DNA from: the human T2T-CHM13v2.0 reference genome, Homo sapiens
Strand: one strand, 5' to 3'
Assembly (NCBI RefSeq): GCF_009914755.1
Contig: NC_060940.1
Length of the DNA stretch: 64,000 nt
Both the position numbers and the translations under genes were made by a program. Shown here one piece after another: positions 27,926 to 43,126 of this stretch. The notes beneath the pieces are model-generated. The model was given only the letters and a program-made list of their open reading frames with translations. It searched no databases and had not been told where the DNA came from. The first letter of the stretch is position 1, and the number at the start of each line of letters is the position of its first letter.

Positions 27926-30530
27926 TACTCTTGTTTGTCTATTGGCAGCCAGAGTTTTTGAACAAGTCAATCTCTTGTTTCAGGGAATATAATAAAAGGG
28001 TCAGTTACTATAATACTAATTTTATTAAAAATTTCTTTAAGAATATTAAAATTATATTCAATATCCAATGTTAAGGTGAGAACTTCCTGCAGTTCCACAC
28101 ATCACCAATGGATTTGTTTAATGTTCTGAGATATTGAAAATCCTATTCCCAGTTTCCTAAATAAGACAAATAAAAAGTAACAACACCTATATTTCATAAA
28201 TGTCTATCATTCAATTATAATTTAAATTAACCATCTATGAGAGTAGTGTAATCTCAGCTACATAAAGACATCAAAGGTTAAGTGTGAAAAATCCTTAGCA
28301 AAAGAGTTCCATTTCATCCTAGGCATTGTAGACACAAAACAAAACAACAAAAAAATAGTGGCTTAGTCTCTCCCCTACCCCCTAAAATAAATAAAACTAT
28401 CAGGGCACCAAGTAGTGTATTCATTGTTTTTGACACCTTTCAAATATGAAACACAGAGTAAGGTACAATTAACTCTCATCCATTATCTTTTGCTTACTAG
28501 AAAGTTTCCAGAGTTATAACATTGATATAATGGTTGGAGACTTTCTAAGCTAATTTTGCTTTCTTGTAAATGATAGTGAAATTAAGAGAGTTCGCTGTTT
28601 TTGAATAACTAATGAAGTGATTCTTGAACTTAGCCTCTATATATCATTCTCTTTAGCACATGACTGTGACTGACTTTCCTTTTTTTTTCCTCTGTGTGCT
28701 CCCTTAGTTACCCTGGACACACATAAAAGAAGAATCCATTCTCAAAAAAAGAGGGAATTTTTTTTTCTATTAAAAATCATAAACCCATAGGAAGTCCAGA
28801 GCACAATTTTCCCACTGAGTCAGCTCCATGTCCAAGCTTTCCACTTCCTCTGGGTGCCTGGGAGTTCCAGCTTCCATTCATTGATCTCTTTTCTCCCTTT
28901 GTCTTACAGCACCTAATACATTTCTTATACTCTCCCATCTCTCCCTCCAGGGTCCTACCTCCACTCTCATGATAGATCTTGATCTCCCTACAGTTTGATC
29001 CTAGTTCAATCCCAGGAATCAGTAAAATGTCCTTATCTTTTTATCCCAAGAGAATTGACAGCTTTTTCTGCATTTCAGAGTGACTTACACACAGGATGAG
29101 GAAACCTTTTCCTAATACTTTATATTTCTCAGATAGTAACTTCAATATATTAAGAGAAGAACTTCTCTGTCTATTTATCGTATCAAAACCACCATAAAGA
29201 ATGGAGAACAATGTTGAGTGGAAGAAGAGGGTTAGAGAACAGTATATGCCTTGGTGTCAGACACTTATACTTGATTTGAAAATTTTATAACAGACATTTC
29301 TCAAAAATTGCATTCACTGTTTGGGAAAAATTACACACATGTACATGCACATGTGACATACACACGGTGTACAGTATTGTAAAAGTGACCTCCTCCAAAG
29401 AATTGAGTTGGAGGAATGCCTAGACACTCTGCTACAAGATAGGGTAAGACAGAAAAAATGCAGAAGAAAGGTAAAAGCACAGACTGGAGCTATATTCTTG
29501 CTTACCAGTTGTAATACAAAACCCATAAATATTTTATTTGAGTGTTTTTGTTTCCGATAAATAAAACCCTCATTTGGAATGACATTTTATCTTATGTCCT
29601 CAAGCATTTGCTTGAGTTCCTATTTTCTTTCCCAAATAAGTAAGAAAACAGCCCCAAGGTCTGTGAACAATTTACATGACAAAAACATCATCTTCCAGCC
29701 TGGAACCTTCCCAGGGGTTTTGATTGGAAGATGAGTGAGGTTCATTCACAAACTTCAGAGACAGGTAGGAGAGTACAAAGCAAAAGTTAAGTACCCTAAT
29801 AAGGTAGTTCTGAAGGCTCATCAGCTCCTTGTGTTTGATAGGTTCTGTCATCATTGCCAACACAGCTGCTAAAAAAGGCTGCCAAAGAGGAAGAAAATGA
29901 AAGAGGTTGAGACTGCAGTCAGAGAAAATATTTTACACAACTTGGCACCATCTGCCATTCTCTTAATCTTTGTTCAGCAAGGAGTGGATTGAATGTGGAT
30001 GTCGACAATGACTCTGACAGCTAACTTTTTTGTTGATATAATCATTAAAACTTGCTGACCCTGCCTTACTAAAAACGCACAGAAGAGGTAAAGAGCATTC
30101 CATATTTGTTTTTAGCTATGTTTGCTTTGAAGGAGTCTTAAGAAGCAAAACAAACCAACCGATCAAACGAACAAAAACCTAACTTCTATTATTTTATTTA
30201 TGTCACTTTAACTTACTTGGCTGTAAGAGCCTAATGGAGGTGTAATAGGGATTTCTTAGCAGGCAGAGAATAGTGCAATTGATTCTATGTATGAGCCTTC
30301 TTGGTGTGTGTGTGAAGTGGGAGAGAAGAAAGGGAGAGAGGTGGGGAGAGAGAGATTAATTCAGACTCTACTAACAAATCAGCATGTTTTTGGCCTCTCT
30401 CTTTAATTGTATTAATAAAAGTTGCCCCAAATACACGTGATGTTTCTTGTGATATACTTTCCTAGGTAACAACATTATTGATACCTTTCCTCTAGCAGAT
30501 AAAGTGAGTTAGTATAAGTAAAGACAAGTT

Positions 30531-30806
<276 letters not shown>

Positions 30807-31569
30807 CGAAGACAAGTTATTAAGGAATGAGCAGGATATGTGTAATACGAAGGACAAGTAAATTTGAGGTTTTGTGGGTTCAGTGAGTCTCGGGGGTAGG
30901 AGAGTTTTTGGCCTCTACAGAGTTAGGGAGAGGAAAGAATCATCACCACTTGTCTATCCTTAATTCCCAGAGTCAGCATGTGCTTGAATCTTGGAACTGG
31001 AACCCAAAGCTACAGGAAGGAGCCAGGGATTGGTGCTCTTTTCCTCTCCTTGAGAGGATGCACAGAGGCTCGACAGCAACGTGTCTGTAAACCTGAGAGC
31101 ATGTGTATGGCACTTCACACCCAATCTGCCACCCTGATCATCCCCAAGATTGTTCTTGTTATCCTGGTTCCTAGGATCTCAAAGAAATGCAATGGCTGCT
31201 TTGGCCTTGTTTTGCTGTTAGATGCCCTTCTGCAAAAGCCAGAAAAAGTGATTACTGGGTAATTCCCTCTGCATATTTGGAGGGATCTAAATCCCATCTT
31301 TACATCTTCCAAATATATAACCTTACACAAATCCAACTATACACATAATTCTGTTTTCTCTTCTGAAAAATGAAATTAATAGTAATATACGTTTCTCAGG
31401 AGTTTGGGTGTGAATGTGTAAAAGCAAACCATAGGCACATATAAGAGAAACTTCAGCAAGCATTCATTCATCTGGGCCCCAGAAACACAGTTTCATTTCA
31501 TTCTGTTAAAACATCCTGATAAAAATGAGTTAGCTAATTACTTAATTACTTAGTTACTTACTAACTAGC

Positions 31570-31701
31570 TTCCTTTCTTCCCTCCTTCCTTTTTCCTTCC
31601 TTATTTCCCCCCTCTTATTCTCTTCCTCCCTCCTTTCCTTCTTCCCCGCCTCCCTCCTTCCCTTCATCTTTCTTTCCTTTCTTCCTTCCTTAATTCCTTT
31701 T
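31570..31701. repeat. CT-rich low-complexity (TTCC-like) tract
   Basis: About 130 nt, almost purely pyrimidine. Confidence 0.9.
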
Positions 31702-32819
31702 TCAAGAGGGTATTACCCAGTAATCGTTTTTAACAGAAACTATATCAATTTTGTAAAAAATAAAAATTATACTATAATATCTCTCCAATCCTGATTTATA
31801 GCTAGTAGTTGGTCTCAGTTTTAGGAATAAATCAGAAATATGCAATGAAATTCAGCAGCAGCATGAATCTAAATATTTCACAGTGAGCTGTTCTTGAACT
31901 CTGACATGGAGACATTCAGTCATTATGCCTTGACTGCAAAATAATTCTACAACAATATTACTGATATTTTTACATAATCTAGGATGAAATTATTTTGCTT
32001 CATTAGCTATTAAATTTAATTGATATATTAATAATATTTAAATACCTTACCCTCTTCAACCTCTCATTTTTAACAATTCTAAGGCATTTTAAAATTTAAT
32101 GCCATGAAATCAAAACATTGACTCATTTTTAGCTTATATATTTTTTCTAGTGTACTGTTGAAATACACAGTATGATTAATACAAAGAATAGACTTCAACA
32201 TCATCTTTTGTTTGATAATAAAATTATTTCACCTAAAACACTAGCTGTTGTTCTGAATAGTTAATTGGCTATGTCATCAGCTGTCAAATTAGTACATTTT
32301 ATGAAGCTTTTATCTTGATTAAAATTTTTTTCAGAAAATAATTAAAACCTAATTCACTAGTCTTTGTTGTAATGAATTATCCAGCAGTCAAATTTATAAA
32401 AATATCTCTAAATATGTCTGGTCTGATTGGCTTTCTCTATTTATTAAATGACACAGTGACTTAGTCTAGAGTGTGCTGAATCCAAATTTTGTGATTTATT
32501 ACTAAAAAAAAAATTACAGAATAGACCAAAGAACTGTGAAATGAATTCTTCTATTTTCTCTGTTTTATGTTAGCAACCTGTAAGTGTCATTTGAAATGGA
32601 AACACAATATTCATTACCCACATCTGATTTTGTTTTAATTTTGAAGGCTTATATGCAAAAAAATATTAAAACCTAGAAAGTTTTATAAATAGAATTGATT
32701 ATCTTGTTTGTTTTTATATAGTGGTATAATCCCTTTTCCAGGTTGTCATGTCTACCACTCATGCCCTTTGGTGAAATAAATCTAAAATGATGAGCTTGTT
32801 ACATGAACTGGTTTTGCTA

Positions 32820-33060
32820 CTGATGATAGTGATCATGGGCATCAACTACGTCCAGACATTGCATCCATAAGATGATACATGTATTTCATGTATTAGCTCA
32901 CTTTATTTTATCCTAACAAAACATTTGAGATCTCTGCTTTTATTATTTCAGATTTACAGAGATTAAAACTAAGGCTTAAAAAATAGCCAATGAATTTCCC
33001 TAAGTTACACCGAATGTGACTTTTCAATGATTAAAACCATAGCCAGTGTGATGCCAAAAT
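32820..33060 (-). mobile_element. MIR SINE
   Basis: TTATTATTTCAGATTTACAGAGATTAAAACTAAGGCTT..CCCTAAGTTACAC. Confidence 0.55.
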
Positions 33061-34022
33061 GCATCCCTTAAATGGAAAGCCTAGTTAACTAGTCTTTTCA
33101 CTCTGTTGGGTACAGAGCATAGACTGGGTACCATTTAAACACTATTCTTGTCTTTCTCATCCTTGACAATCTTATCCATTGTTTATTTCTAGTTTGTTGT
33201 TAGATTTATACCAGCTGTCAATAGACTATTTCTAAGATTTTGTATTTGCTTCTAATTCCCTAGAACTTCAGACAGCCTGCATGGTTAAAGCTATTTTACA
33301 CTGCATGAAGCTCCTTTTTCTCCCTTCTTTTGTTCCATTTCTTCTTAACAAGCAGTTTTTATTCTTTCAGCAATAGCCACTGCTGCATGATTGAATTTGA
33401 AGTTCAACTTCTTGTTTTCAATTTGGGGCTTCTCATCCTCAATTTGAAACTTATTGACAAACTTCTTTGCTAAGCACTCTGTTTCCCATCTCTCAAAGGC
33501 CTGTTCTCTGCAGCCTTTGAATGTCACCTTTGCATGAGTTTGTATGAGTTTCTTAACGTAGAGAATAAGTATAGTTTTTTGTTTTTTGTTTCTTTTTTAA
33601 GTCCTCATGAGAAACTCTTGCTCAGTCCTTAGATAAAGGAGGATATCAGGAAAACGTGTTGGCAATCCTTTTTTCTGTGTGTAAAAATGGAGCTGTATTT
33701 TGAACTTGAAAGATGAAAAAAAATTACACATTGTTGTCGATGACCACAAAAGCTTAAATATTAAAAATTTAAAATGAAGTAATAAAACCTTAGAAAAACG
33801 TAGCATTTTCAGCAAATTAGCTAAGAACACTCCAACCAAATCTCTTTATTTTTTAACAGGTTCTTTGAGATATAGTTTATGTAGCATACAATTCATCGAT
33901 TGTGTATACAATTCCATGTCTTTTAGTATATCCACAAAGCTGTAGAATCATCACTAAAATCAACTTTAGGACATTTTCATCATCCTAAGGCGAAAGCCCC
34001 ATACCTATAAGCAGTCATTTCC

Positions 34023-35066
<1,044 letters not shown>

Positions 35067-36929
35067 TATTTTTCATTTCTCTTCAAGCCCTTTTCACCCC
35101 CAGGCCTGGGAAATCACAAATCTACTTCTTGTGTCTATAGATATACCTAAAACATTTCATGTAAATGAAACCATATATGAGGTAGTCTTTTGTGAATGAC
35201 TTCTCTTAATTAACATAGTGTTTTCAATGTTCATATTGTATAAATACTTCATTCCTTTCCATGGCTGAATATTCCACTATATAATTATATCACTTTTTGT
35301 TTATTCATTCATCAGCTTATAAGCTTTTACATTGTTTATACCTTTTAACTTGTAAGTAGTGCTGCTGTGAACATTTGCATATATGTTTTGTTTGAACAAA
35401 ACAAAAATCTGTTTTCAAATCTTTAGTGTCTATGCCTAGAAGTGAAGTTGCTGGGTCACAGAAGAATTCTATGTTTAACTTACTGAGGAACTTTTTACCA
35501 CAATGCCTGCATCATATTCCTTTCTCACCAGCCATATATAAAGGTTCCAATTCTCCACATCCTTGAAAACACATTAATTTTCATCATTTTGGTTATAGCA
35601 ATCCTACTGGGTAGCAAGAGATATCCTACAGTGTTGATTTACATTTTCTTAGTGGCCAATAATGTTAAGCAACTTTTCATGTATTTAACAGCATTTGTAT
35701 ATCTCGGGGAAATGTCTATTCATGTCCATTGTTCATTTTTTAGTTGAGTTGTTTGACTTTTCACTGAGTTATAAAATTTCTCTGTACCTAGATAGTAGAC
35801 CCTTATCAGATATATGATTTTAAAATATTCCCTCAATTTTATCAATCTTTTCACTTTCTTCATGGTGTCTTCTGAAGCATAAAAGTTTTTAATTATGATG
35901 AAGTCCATTTAGCATATTGTTTTTACTTTTGTCAATTGTAGTTTTGTTGTCATATCTAAGAGGCCTTTGCCAAATCAGGGTCACAAAAATTCATGCCTAT
36001 ATTTTATTCTAATAATTTTATAGTTTTAGTATTTATGTTTGTGCCTATGATCTGTTTCAAATTAGTGTTTGTATATGGTGTGAGCACTTCATTCCTTACA
36101 TGTGGATATCTAGTTTTCTCAGTACGATTTATTGAAAAGGCTATTTTTTTCCTCATTGGATTGTCTACCACCATTGCTGAAAATTACTTGACCAAAAATA
36201 AGAAGATTCATTTCTGAATTCTAAATTCCATTCCATTGATCTATATGTCTATTTTTATCCCAGTACCATGCTGCCTTGATTACTCTAACTTTGTAGCAAG
36301 TTTTGAAACAGGAAAATGTGAGTACAACTTTGTTCTGTTTTTCAAGATTGTTTAGCTCTTCTGGATAAAATATTCTAGTCTTAACAGCTATTGATTATTT
36401 CCTTTATGTGAATAGATGGGTGGGAGATAGATGCATAAGACATGTTCATCTACCGAATACATGCAAATCTACCTTACTCAGTCCCCACACATATGCGGTT
36501 CCAGCGAGGTTGTAAGTTACAAGAAGACAGGGATGAGTAGATCTAATTTATTTTCAGAACTACAGATTTTACCTCTTTCTTTTTATTACAATGACTTGCT
36601 TCTCTGAGTTCAAAGAGGAAATATTACAACCTATTGGGATGTTACTGAAGATTTCATGTAAGTGGTGCTATGTCATCCACATTTTAAAATAGTGCTAAGA
36701 TTTTGTTGGGATGAAGAGACTGCTTGGGCTGGAATATGGAATTAAACAAAGAAAACTCATACCAAGACTATCCAGAAATGATGAAGCAGCTGAAGCTAAG
36801 ATGTTCAACCTAACAGATGATAACAAATAAAGGGAATATGAATAATCCTAATTTTCAACATGATTACTGTTTCATTGAGAAAGTACTGTAAAACATAAGA
36901 TCCAATTAGTATTGCAAATTGAAGAAAGG

Positions 36930-37155
36930 AAAAGTAACTAATATTTATGGAGTTTCTACTATGAGCCAATGCTTTATATTCATCTCCTTTAGCTGTTATC
37001 TTAAGAAATAGCTTGCAGGATAAACATTAACAACTTTTACACATATAAAGGTGCTAAAGTTCAGAGGGGCTAAATTACACAAGGTCAAGCAGCATAAAAA
37101 TATTTCACATGGGGTTGTTACCTAAGTCTTTCTGATTTCAAATCCCAAGTTCTTT
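36930..37155 (-). mobile_element. MIR SINE
   Basis: AATATTTATGGAGTTTCTACTATGAGCCA..AAAGTTCAGAGGGGCTAAATT..CAAGGTCA. Confidence 0.55.
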
Positions 37156-39365
37156 GAGTGAACTCTGATGCTTGGGAAGGTAATCAATGGATAAAAAAGT
37201 GCTATAGATTTGTTGAAAATAATTTAATGAAAGGAGCATGGGCTAGGAATGTATTGACCTAGAAAGCAGATTTTCTTAATGGAACATCATGGGGTAGGAC
37301 ATGTAAATGATACTTGCTAGATTTTCTTTAAATAAATGAAGGAATAAAATTATATTTCAAAATTAGGTGATTCAACCCAAAATAGATATCAGTACTTCAT
37401 TGTAAACTGTCTATAATATTTGTTTTGTTTCACATATGAAGTCATATCCTTTCCTGTTATATACCACACCCCTTTTCAATAGAATTCATTCACTAGAAAT
37501 AACTGACAGTCTAGGAAAACCCAAACTTCAATATTAAAATATTTTCAATTCTATGTGATCATAGGCAAAATATAGTTGGAAAGAATGGAAAAATATTCTG
37601 AAACCACTAACAAATATACTCAGCTAATTATTGAATTTTTATTGCAGTGTAAAGGAGAATGTATTTCATTTAAAAAATAACGTACAGCTCATGACACACA
37701 TTCCACAGTTCTTGTCATATAGGGATGCACAGTAATTGTCAAGAAGCTAAGAGAAAAATGAGTAGTGTATTTTGACATTTGTCTTCCGGGAAGGGGGATA
37801 TTATTAATCATCCCTGTGGGTATTTTGATACCTTGCAGACTAAGGAAGTCTTCAATTGTGTATAATTTGGGGCATACCCTAAATTAGCAGTAATCTATTT
37901 GTGGATACATCTTTTGTACCAAGGTAATTTCTCACTTCCTCAGTTATTTAATTGTACTTCGAATAGTTCTGGCAGGCAACTCATTATGTATTCTCCTCAC
38001 TATATTTTATTTTTGTTATACAAAGTCACATTGAAATGAAATGGATACATGCACCATTGACTTTAATAGGATTTTGCATTGTAAGAATAATATACAGATA
38101 CACTGTATTGCATAGAAATATCTTGTGGGGAAAGAATAACACGGTTATTGTGGAATTCCACAGCATATAACTCAACAGGCAGTCATAACTACAGGTTTAT
38201 AATTTTCTTTAGGGGGAGGTAAAAAAATTGAAGGACAAGTGGTTTTAACAAGCCCATATATGTAATATTCACTGTAGAAAGTACTATCTGGAATACTTTG
38301 TAAATGTGAAATTGAATTTATATAATGCAAAAGAGTTAAGAAAACTCTAAAAACTGTGTACTGTATCCAAAGTCATTTCTGACAAGTGGGAAACTCATTT
38401 AACAAAGATTTCTTTGTAACTACAGTTTCAAAATCATTTTGTAATAATGCTCAGAACTCGATAAAGCATCAGCAGTATAAGCCAATTGACTTTCTTATGA
38501 GGCTAAAAATGAACAAAACATGACCACAATAGAGCAAATTAGTTATTCTGGGAATTAACAGTTATTGAGCAACTTTTCAACATCTCTCAGGATGAACAAA
38601 TGAGAGATGGTAAAGAATCATGTTTAAGAATATGTGCTTCTGAGTCAGGTTTCTCTTGCCCCAATCTACCTGATTGGCCTGGTGCACACGAGTTAGTCTT
38701 CTAAAAACTCCATTCCTTAATTGCAAAATGTTGATAATAATAACATAATTCATAGAGTTATTAGAAGAAAAATATACTGTGATATGAAAAATGATTACCA
38801 TAATGTCTGGTAGACAGTAGGTTCTGTACAGTCCCTCTTATAATTCCCCAAATGTACACCACAAAATACCCAGGCTACAATATACTGAACTGCAACAACA
38901 AACACAAGTGAACAAATAAACAAGATATGATGGTCACATTTGTTTGTGAATCTCAAATGGGAGGTAATATATTGAAGCATTTACTCATGGACAGTCAGAT
39001 GGTAAAGGCTCTGATAAGTACTGCTATAATGGGAATGTTTACTCTCTTGAAACTGAAGTGTATTAAAATAAATTTATGGAAAATAGAGAAAAAATTAAGT
39101 AGCATTTTGTTATCCTTTGTGTGACAAATTGCTGTTTACATAGGTATCATCTATTGTTGTACGTAGACAAACCTTTTTTAAAGAATATTTCCCAGACTAT
39201 TAGTTGGCAACGTTGTCATGAGAAAAGAGTCACATGTTCAAACAATTTTAGTAAAAAGCTCATTTAAATTAAAGTTATCAGTTTCATGTTTGATCTCCTT
39301 ATGTATTTCCCAACAGCTTTGTGACTTTCTTCACAGTGATGCTTAAACCACAGGATATGGGATTG

Positions 39366-39780
39366 TGTGTAAGCCCATTCTTGGTGTTTTATAAAGAAAT
39401 ACCTGAAGCTGGGTAACATAAAGAAAAGAGGTTTAATTGGCTCACGGTTCTGCAGGCTGCGTAAGAAGCTTAGCAGCATCACTCTCCTTCTGGTGAGGCT
39501 TCTGGTGACCTCAGGAAGCTTCCAGTCAGACGGAAGCCAAACGGAAAGCAGGTGGTATCACATGGCAAGAGCAGGAGCAAGAAAGAGAGAGGGGAGAGGT
39601 GTCATGCTCTTTTAAACAACCAGATGTCACGTGAACTCAAAGCAAGAACTCACGTATCAAGGGGATGGTCCTAAGGCATTCATGAATGATCAGCCCCCAT
39701 GATTCAGTCACCTCCAACCAGGCCCCACCTCCAACATTGGTAATCACATTTCAACATGTGACAGCATTCAAACCACATCG
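39366..39780 (-). mobile_element. MSTA-like MaLR solo LTR
   Basis: AAAGAAATACCTGA..TTTAATTGGCTCACGGTTCTGCAGGCTG..CCAGGCCCCACCTCCAACA; 5-bp TSD GATTG/GGTTG. Confidence 0.9.
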
Positions 39781-40330
39781 GGTTGAGAGACAGGAGAATA
39801 ATGAATTTGGGATAAAAACAGGAAAATGCTGCTTTTATTGGAGATACTTCTTCCATGTAGTCTGCGCCAGGTGGTGAAATAACTGTGGAATATTGCATTG
39901 TTTTTCTGGACAATGCTCTTTTTAGATGCAGAAACACAATCTGTTGTCAGTGGAGGCTCTTTTCCAGTCATTAACTCATCTTAAAACTTGAGGCAAGCAT
40001 TTAGAAGGAATCTTCTACTTTCATTTGCTCCGTCTGTTTTTGGCCATCCTACACCCTGACTCCTCTGAAACTGCCCCCATGAATCCCCAGATAACTATCT
40101 AACATCAGGGGTTTTTTGTTTGTTGTTTATTTGTTTGTTTTTTAGAAATCCTTTAATTTGTCCATCAAGCCCTCAGTTCTATTTTAAAAGGAGTAACCAG
40201 AAATTTTAATAGTAAACCTGTTGCTGGAATTCACTCTTTTGCCTTATCTTTGTATTAACTTCCTTTAAATAGTTGTTACCTTAACATTCTTGAAGTGCTA
40301 TTCTCTTGTCAAACTGATACACCGAATCTT

Positions 40331-41743
40331 TAATATCTAAGTAGTGTTTTTTTTTCAAAACACAAGCTCTAATTTCTTATTGTTATATTTTGCAGATATT
40401 AAATTGATCTGAGAAATTGTCATAGTAGTTCCCAACACTGTTTCTGTGCTCTTCTTGTTGATGACCAGTGATGGATTGTGGGTAGGTAGCAGTCTGTGGA
40501 CTGGTCCCCACTGCCTTCCCATGTCCGCACCCCTGCCCCACGGGGTAGTCATTTCCTGCCTTTGGCTGGAGGGCAGGAACATTGATGGGTTGAGGGCAGG
40601 CTGTGGAGACTCCTCCCCATGGTATGGAGTAGGGAGCAGAAATACCCACGTGAGTCTGATGTATGTTCTCGCTAAGATTTAGCATTTCTTAGATAGCAAT
40701 TTTGGTACTAAGGAGCCGAATCTTCTCAAGTTGGTTTTGGATACAGGACTCATCATCTGCAAAAAAGCCACAGTGTCTTTGTAGACATAGGAATGGCAGA
40801 GCCAGGGCAGTTTCAAAGACCTCAGCAAGCCAAGTTCATGGACCCTCACTTAGGGCTCCCATGTTAACGTGGCTCAGCTTCCAGCTTTCTCAGTCTTTTG
40901 GTATAAATCATCAAGACAGAGATTCTGTGGATTCAATGAGGGAAAAGGTTCACCTCAGTTCAGTTAGCGGCAGGCCAAGAGATGTTGTCTCAGAGCCTGC
41001 TCTGCTCTGTAGGGGCTGTGGAAACCAACTCTCTGAGAAAGGAGTTAATGGCAGCCTGGGACCCAGGGCAGATCTGGGTTGCAAGCTGCTGCCTGTGAAA
41101 GGTTCAAAACAATATGCCAGTTCTCAAGGAGGAGAAAGGGTTTTTTTTATTTTTATTTGTTTTTTTAATATTATACTTTAAGTTCTGGGATACATGTGCC
41201 GAATGTGCAGGTTTATTACATAGGTATACTATACGTGCCATGGTGGTTTGCTGCACCCATCAACCTGTCCTCTAGGTTTTAAGCCCCGCATGCATTAGGT
41301 ATTTGTCCTGATGCTCTCCCTCTTCTTGCCCCCCACACCCCGACAGGCCCTGGTGTGTGATGTTCCCCTCCCTGTGTCCATGTGTTCTCATTGTTCAGCA
41401 CCCACTTATGAATGAGAACATGCAGTGTTTGGTTTTCTGTTCCTGTGTTAGTTTGCTGAGAATGATGGTTTCCAGCTTCATACATGTCCCTGCAAAGGAC
41501 ATGAACTCATCCTGTTTTATGGCTGTGGGCATTTGGGTTTGTTCCAAGTCTTTGCTATTGTAAATAGTGCCACAATAAACATATGTGTGAATGTGTCTTT
41601 ATAGTAGAATGATTTATAATCATTTGGGTATATGGCCAGTAATGGGATTGTTCGGTCAAATGGTATTTCTGGTTCTAGATCGTTGAGGAATCACCACACT
41701 GTCTTCCACAATGGTTGAAATAATATGTAAGTAGTGTTTTTTT
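40331..41743 (-). mobile_element. L1 insertion with 3' transduction, bounded by one TSD
   Basis: TAATATCTAAGTAGTGTTTT at 40331-40350 and TAATATGTAAGTAGTGTTTT at 41721-41740 enclose T9, about 785 bp of unique sequence, a T-rich L1 tail and the L1 body. Confidence 0.85.
41141..41720 (-). mobile_element. 5'-truncated L1PA7/8-like 3' end with about 50-bp internal deletion
   Basis: TATTATACTTTAAGTTCTGGGATACATGTG..TGCATTAGGTATTTGTCC..CCACAATGGTTGAA; deletion near 41525. Confidence 0.95.
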
Positions 41744-42370
41744 CTAAATCACACTTCCAGGTCCCACATTTCCCATAAGGTTAACCTCTATATCTACCTC
41801 ACATCCTTCCCCCACATTTAAACTTAACATTCCCCCATACAGACTCATCTTCACCTCTTCCCTTCCTCTTCCAGTTTTTCCAGTAAAAACTATTCCAGTA
41901 AAGCTGGATACTCATCTTTTCTTAGCCATACACATGAAAAGTGATGAAATCTTGTCATTTCTGTCTTCCTACTAGCTTCCAATCTTCTTCCCACTATGCC
42001 AGTTCGGCACATTATTTAATTCTAGCCTGAACTATTTCCTTTATTCTCCTTTCGTCAGTTTTAAAACTCTCTATTCCATTGCAGATGTTTTTGTCAAATT
42101 TCTTTGTCTAAATCATATTTGAATCATGATTTATATCATGTCAAGGACTCCTCTGCCTACAAGATAACACTGGGATATATCGCCTAAGAAACTGCAGCTT
42201 TGCTCTCTTTCTTCCTCCCTCCCGGATGAGCCTCACTACCTACCAAGTTGCCCCATTGTCTTACTCACACCTGGTGCTTTAGCTGTTCCACATAGACTGG
42301 GCTCTCTCTCACCTCCTCACCTCTGCACCTTTATTTATGCTGCTTCTATGCTTGGAAAAGTTTTCTACCA
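41744..42370 (+). mobile_element. L2 LINE fragments (degenerate)
   Basis: Pyrimidine-rich L2-like text (ATTTAAACTTAACAT.., CTCTGCACCTTT..GCTGCTTCTATGCTTGGAA). Confidence 0.45.
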
Positions 42371-42383
42371 CGGTTTATATGGC

Positions 42384-42676
42384 TTTTTTTTTTTTGAAGA
42401 CAGGGTCCCACTCTGTCATCCAGCCTGGAGTGCAGTAGCACAATAGCACTGTAGCCTCGACCTCCTGGGGGCTCAAGCAATCCTACTATCTTAGCCTCCT
42501 GAGTAGCTGGGACTACTGGTGTGCACCATCATGCCTGGCTAGTTGTTTTGTGCTTTTGGTAGAGATGGGGTCTTGCTCTGTTGCCCAGGCTGGTGTCAAA
42601 CTCCTGGACTCAAGTGATCCTCTGCCACAGACACTCAAAGTCTTGGGATTACAGGTGTGAGCCCCTACACCTGGCC
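42384..42676 (-). mobile_element. AluJ
   Basis: GACAGGGTC, TGTAGCCTCGACCTCCTGGG, CTCAAGCAATCC J-type features. Confidence 0.9.
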
Positions 42677-42805
42677 ATGACAAACTTTTATTCCTCATAT
42701 CAACACAAATTCTGTCTCCACTTTATGATTAACAAAAAAGAATCACCAGTCAAGTTTATGACTACTTTATTTTGGTCCTACTGCATATTCTACCTGTATT
42801 CATGA

Positions 42806-43126
<321 letters not shown>

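Noticed and set aside
39864-39878. CTCF site (GCGCCAGGTGGTG)
   Set aside because: Only a partial match to the core; not supportable without ChIP data.
40356-41140. Processed pseudogene of a cellular mRNA
   Set aside because: It sits 3' of an L1 tail within the same TSD, keeps intron-like flanks around the exon-like block and has no long sense ORF; 3' transduction fits better.
40702-41181. Longest ORF (159 aa, plus strand)
   Set aside because: TTG start, antisense to the transduced segment, runs into the L1 poly-T, and has no recognisable domain.
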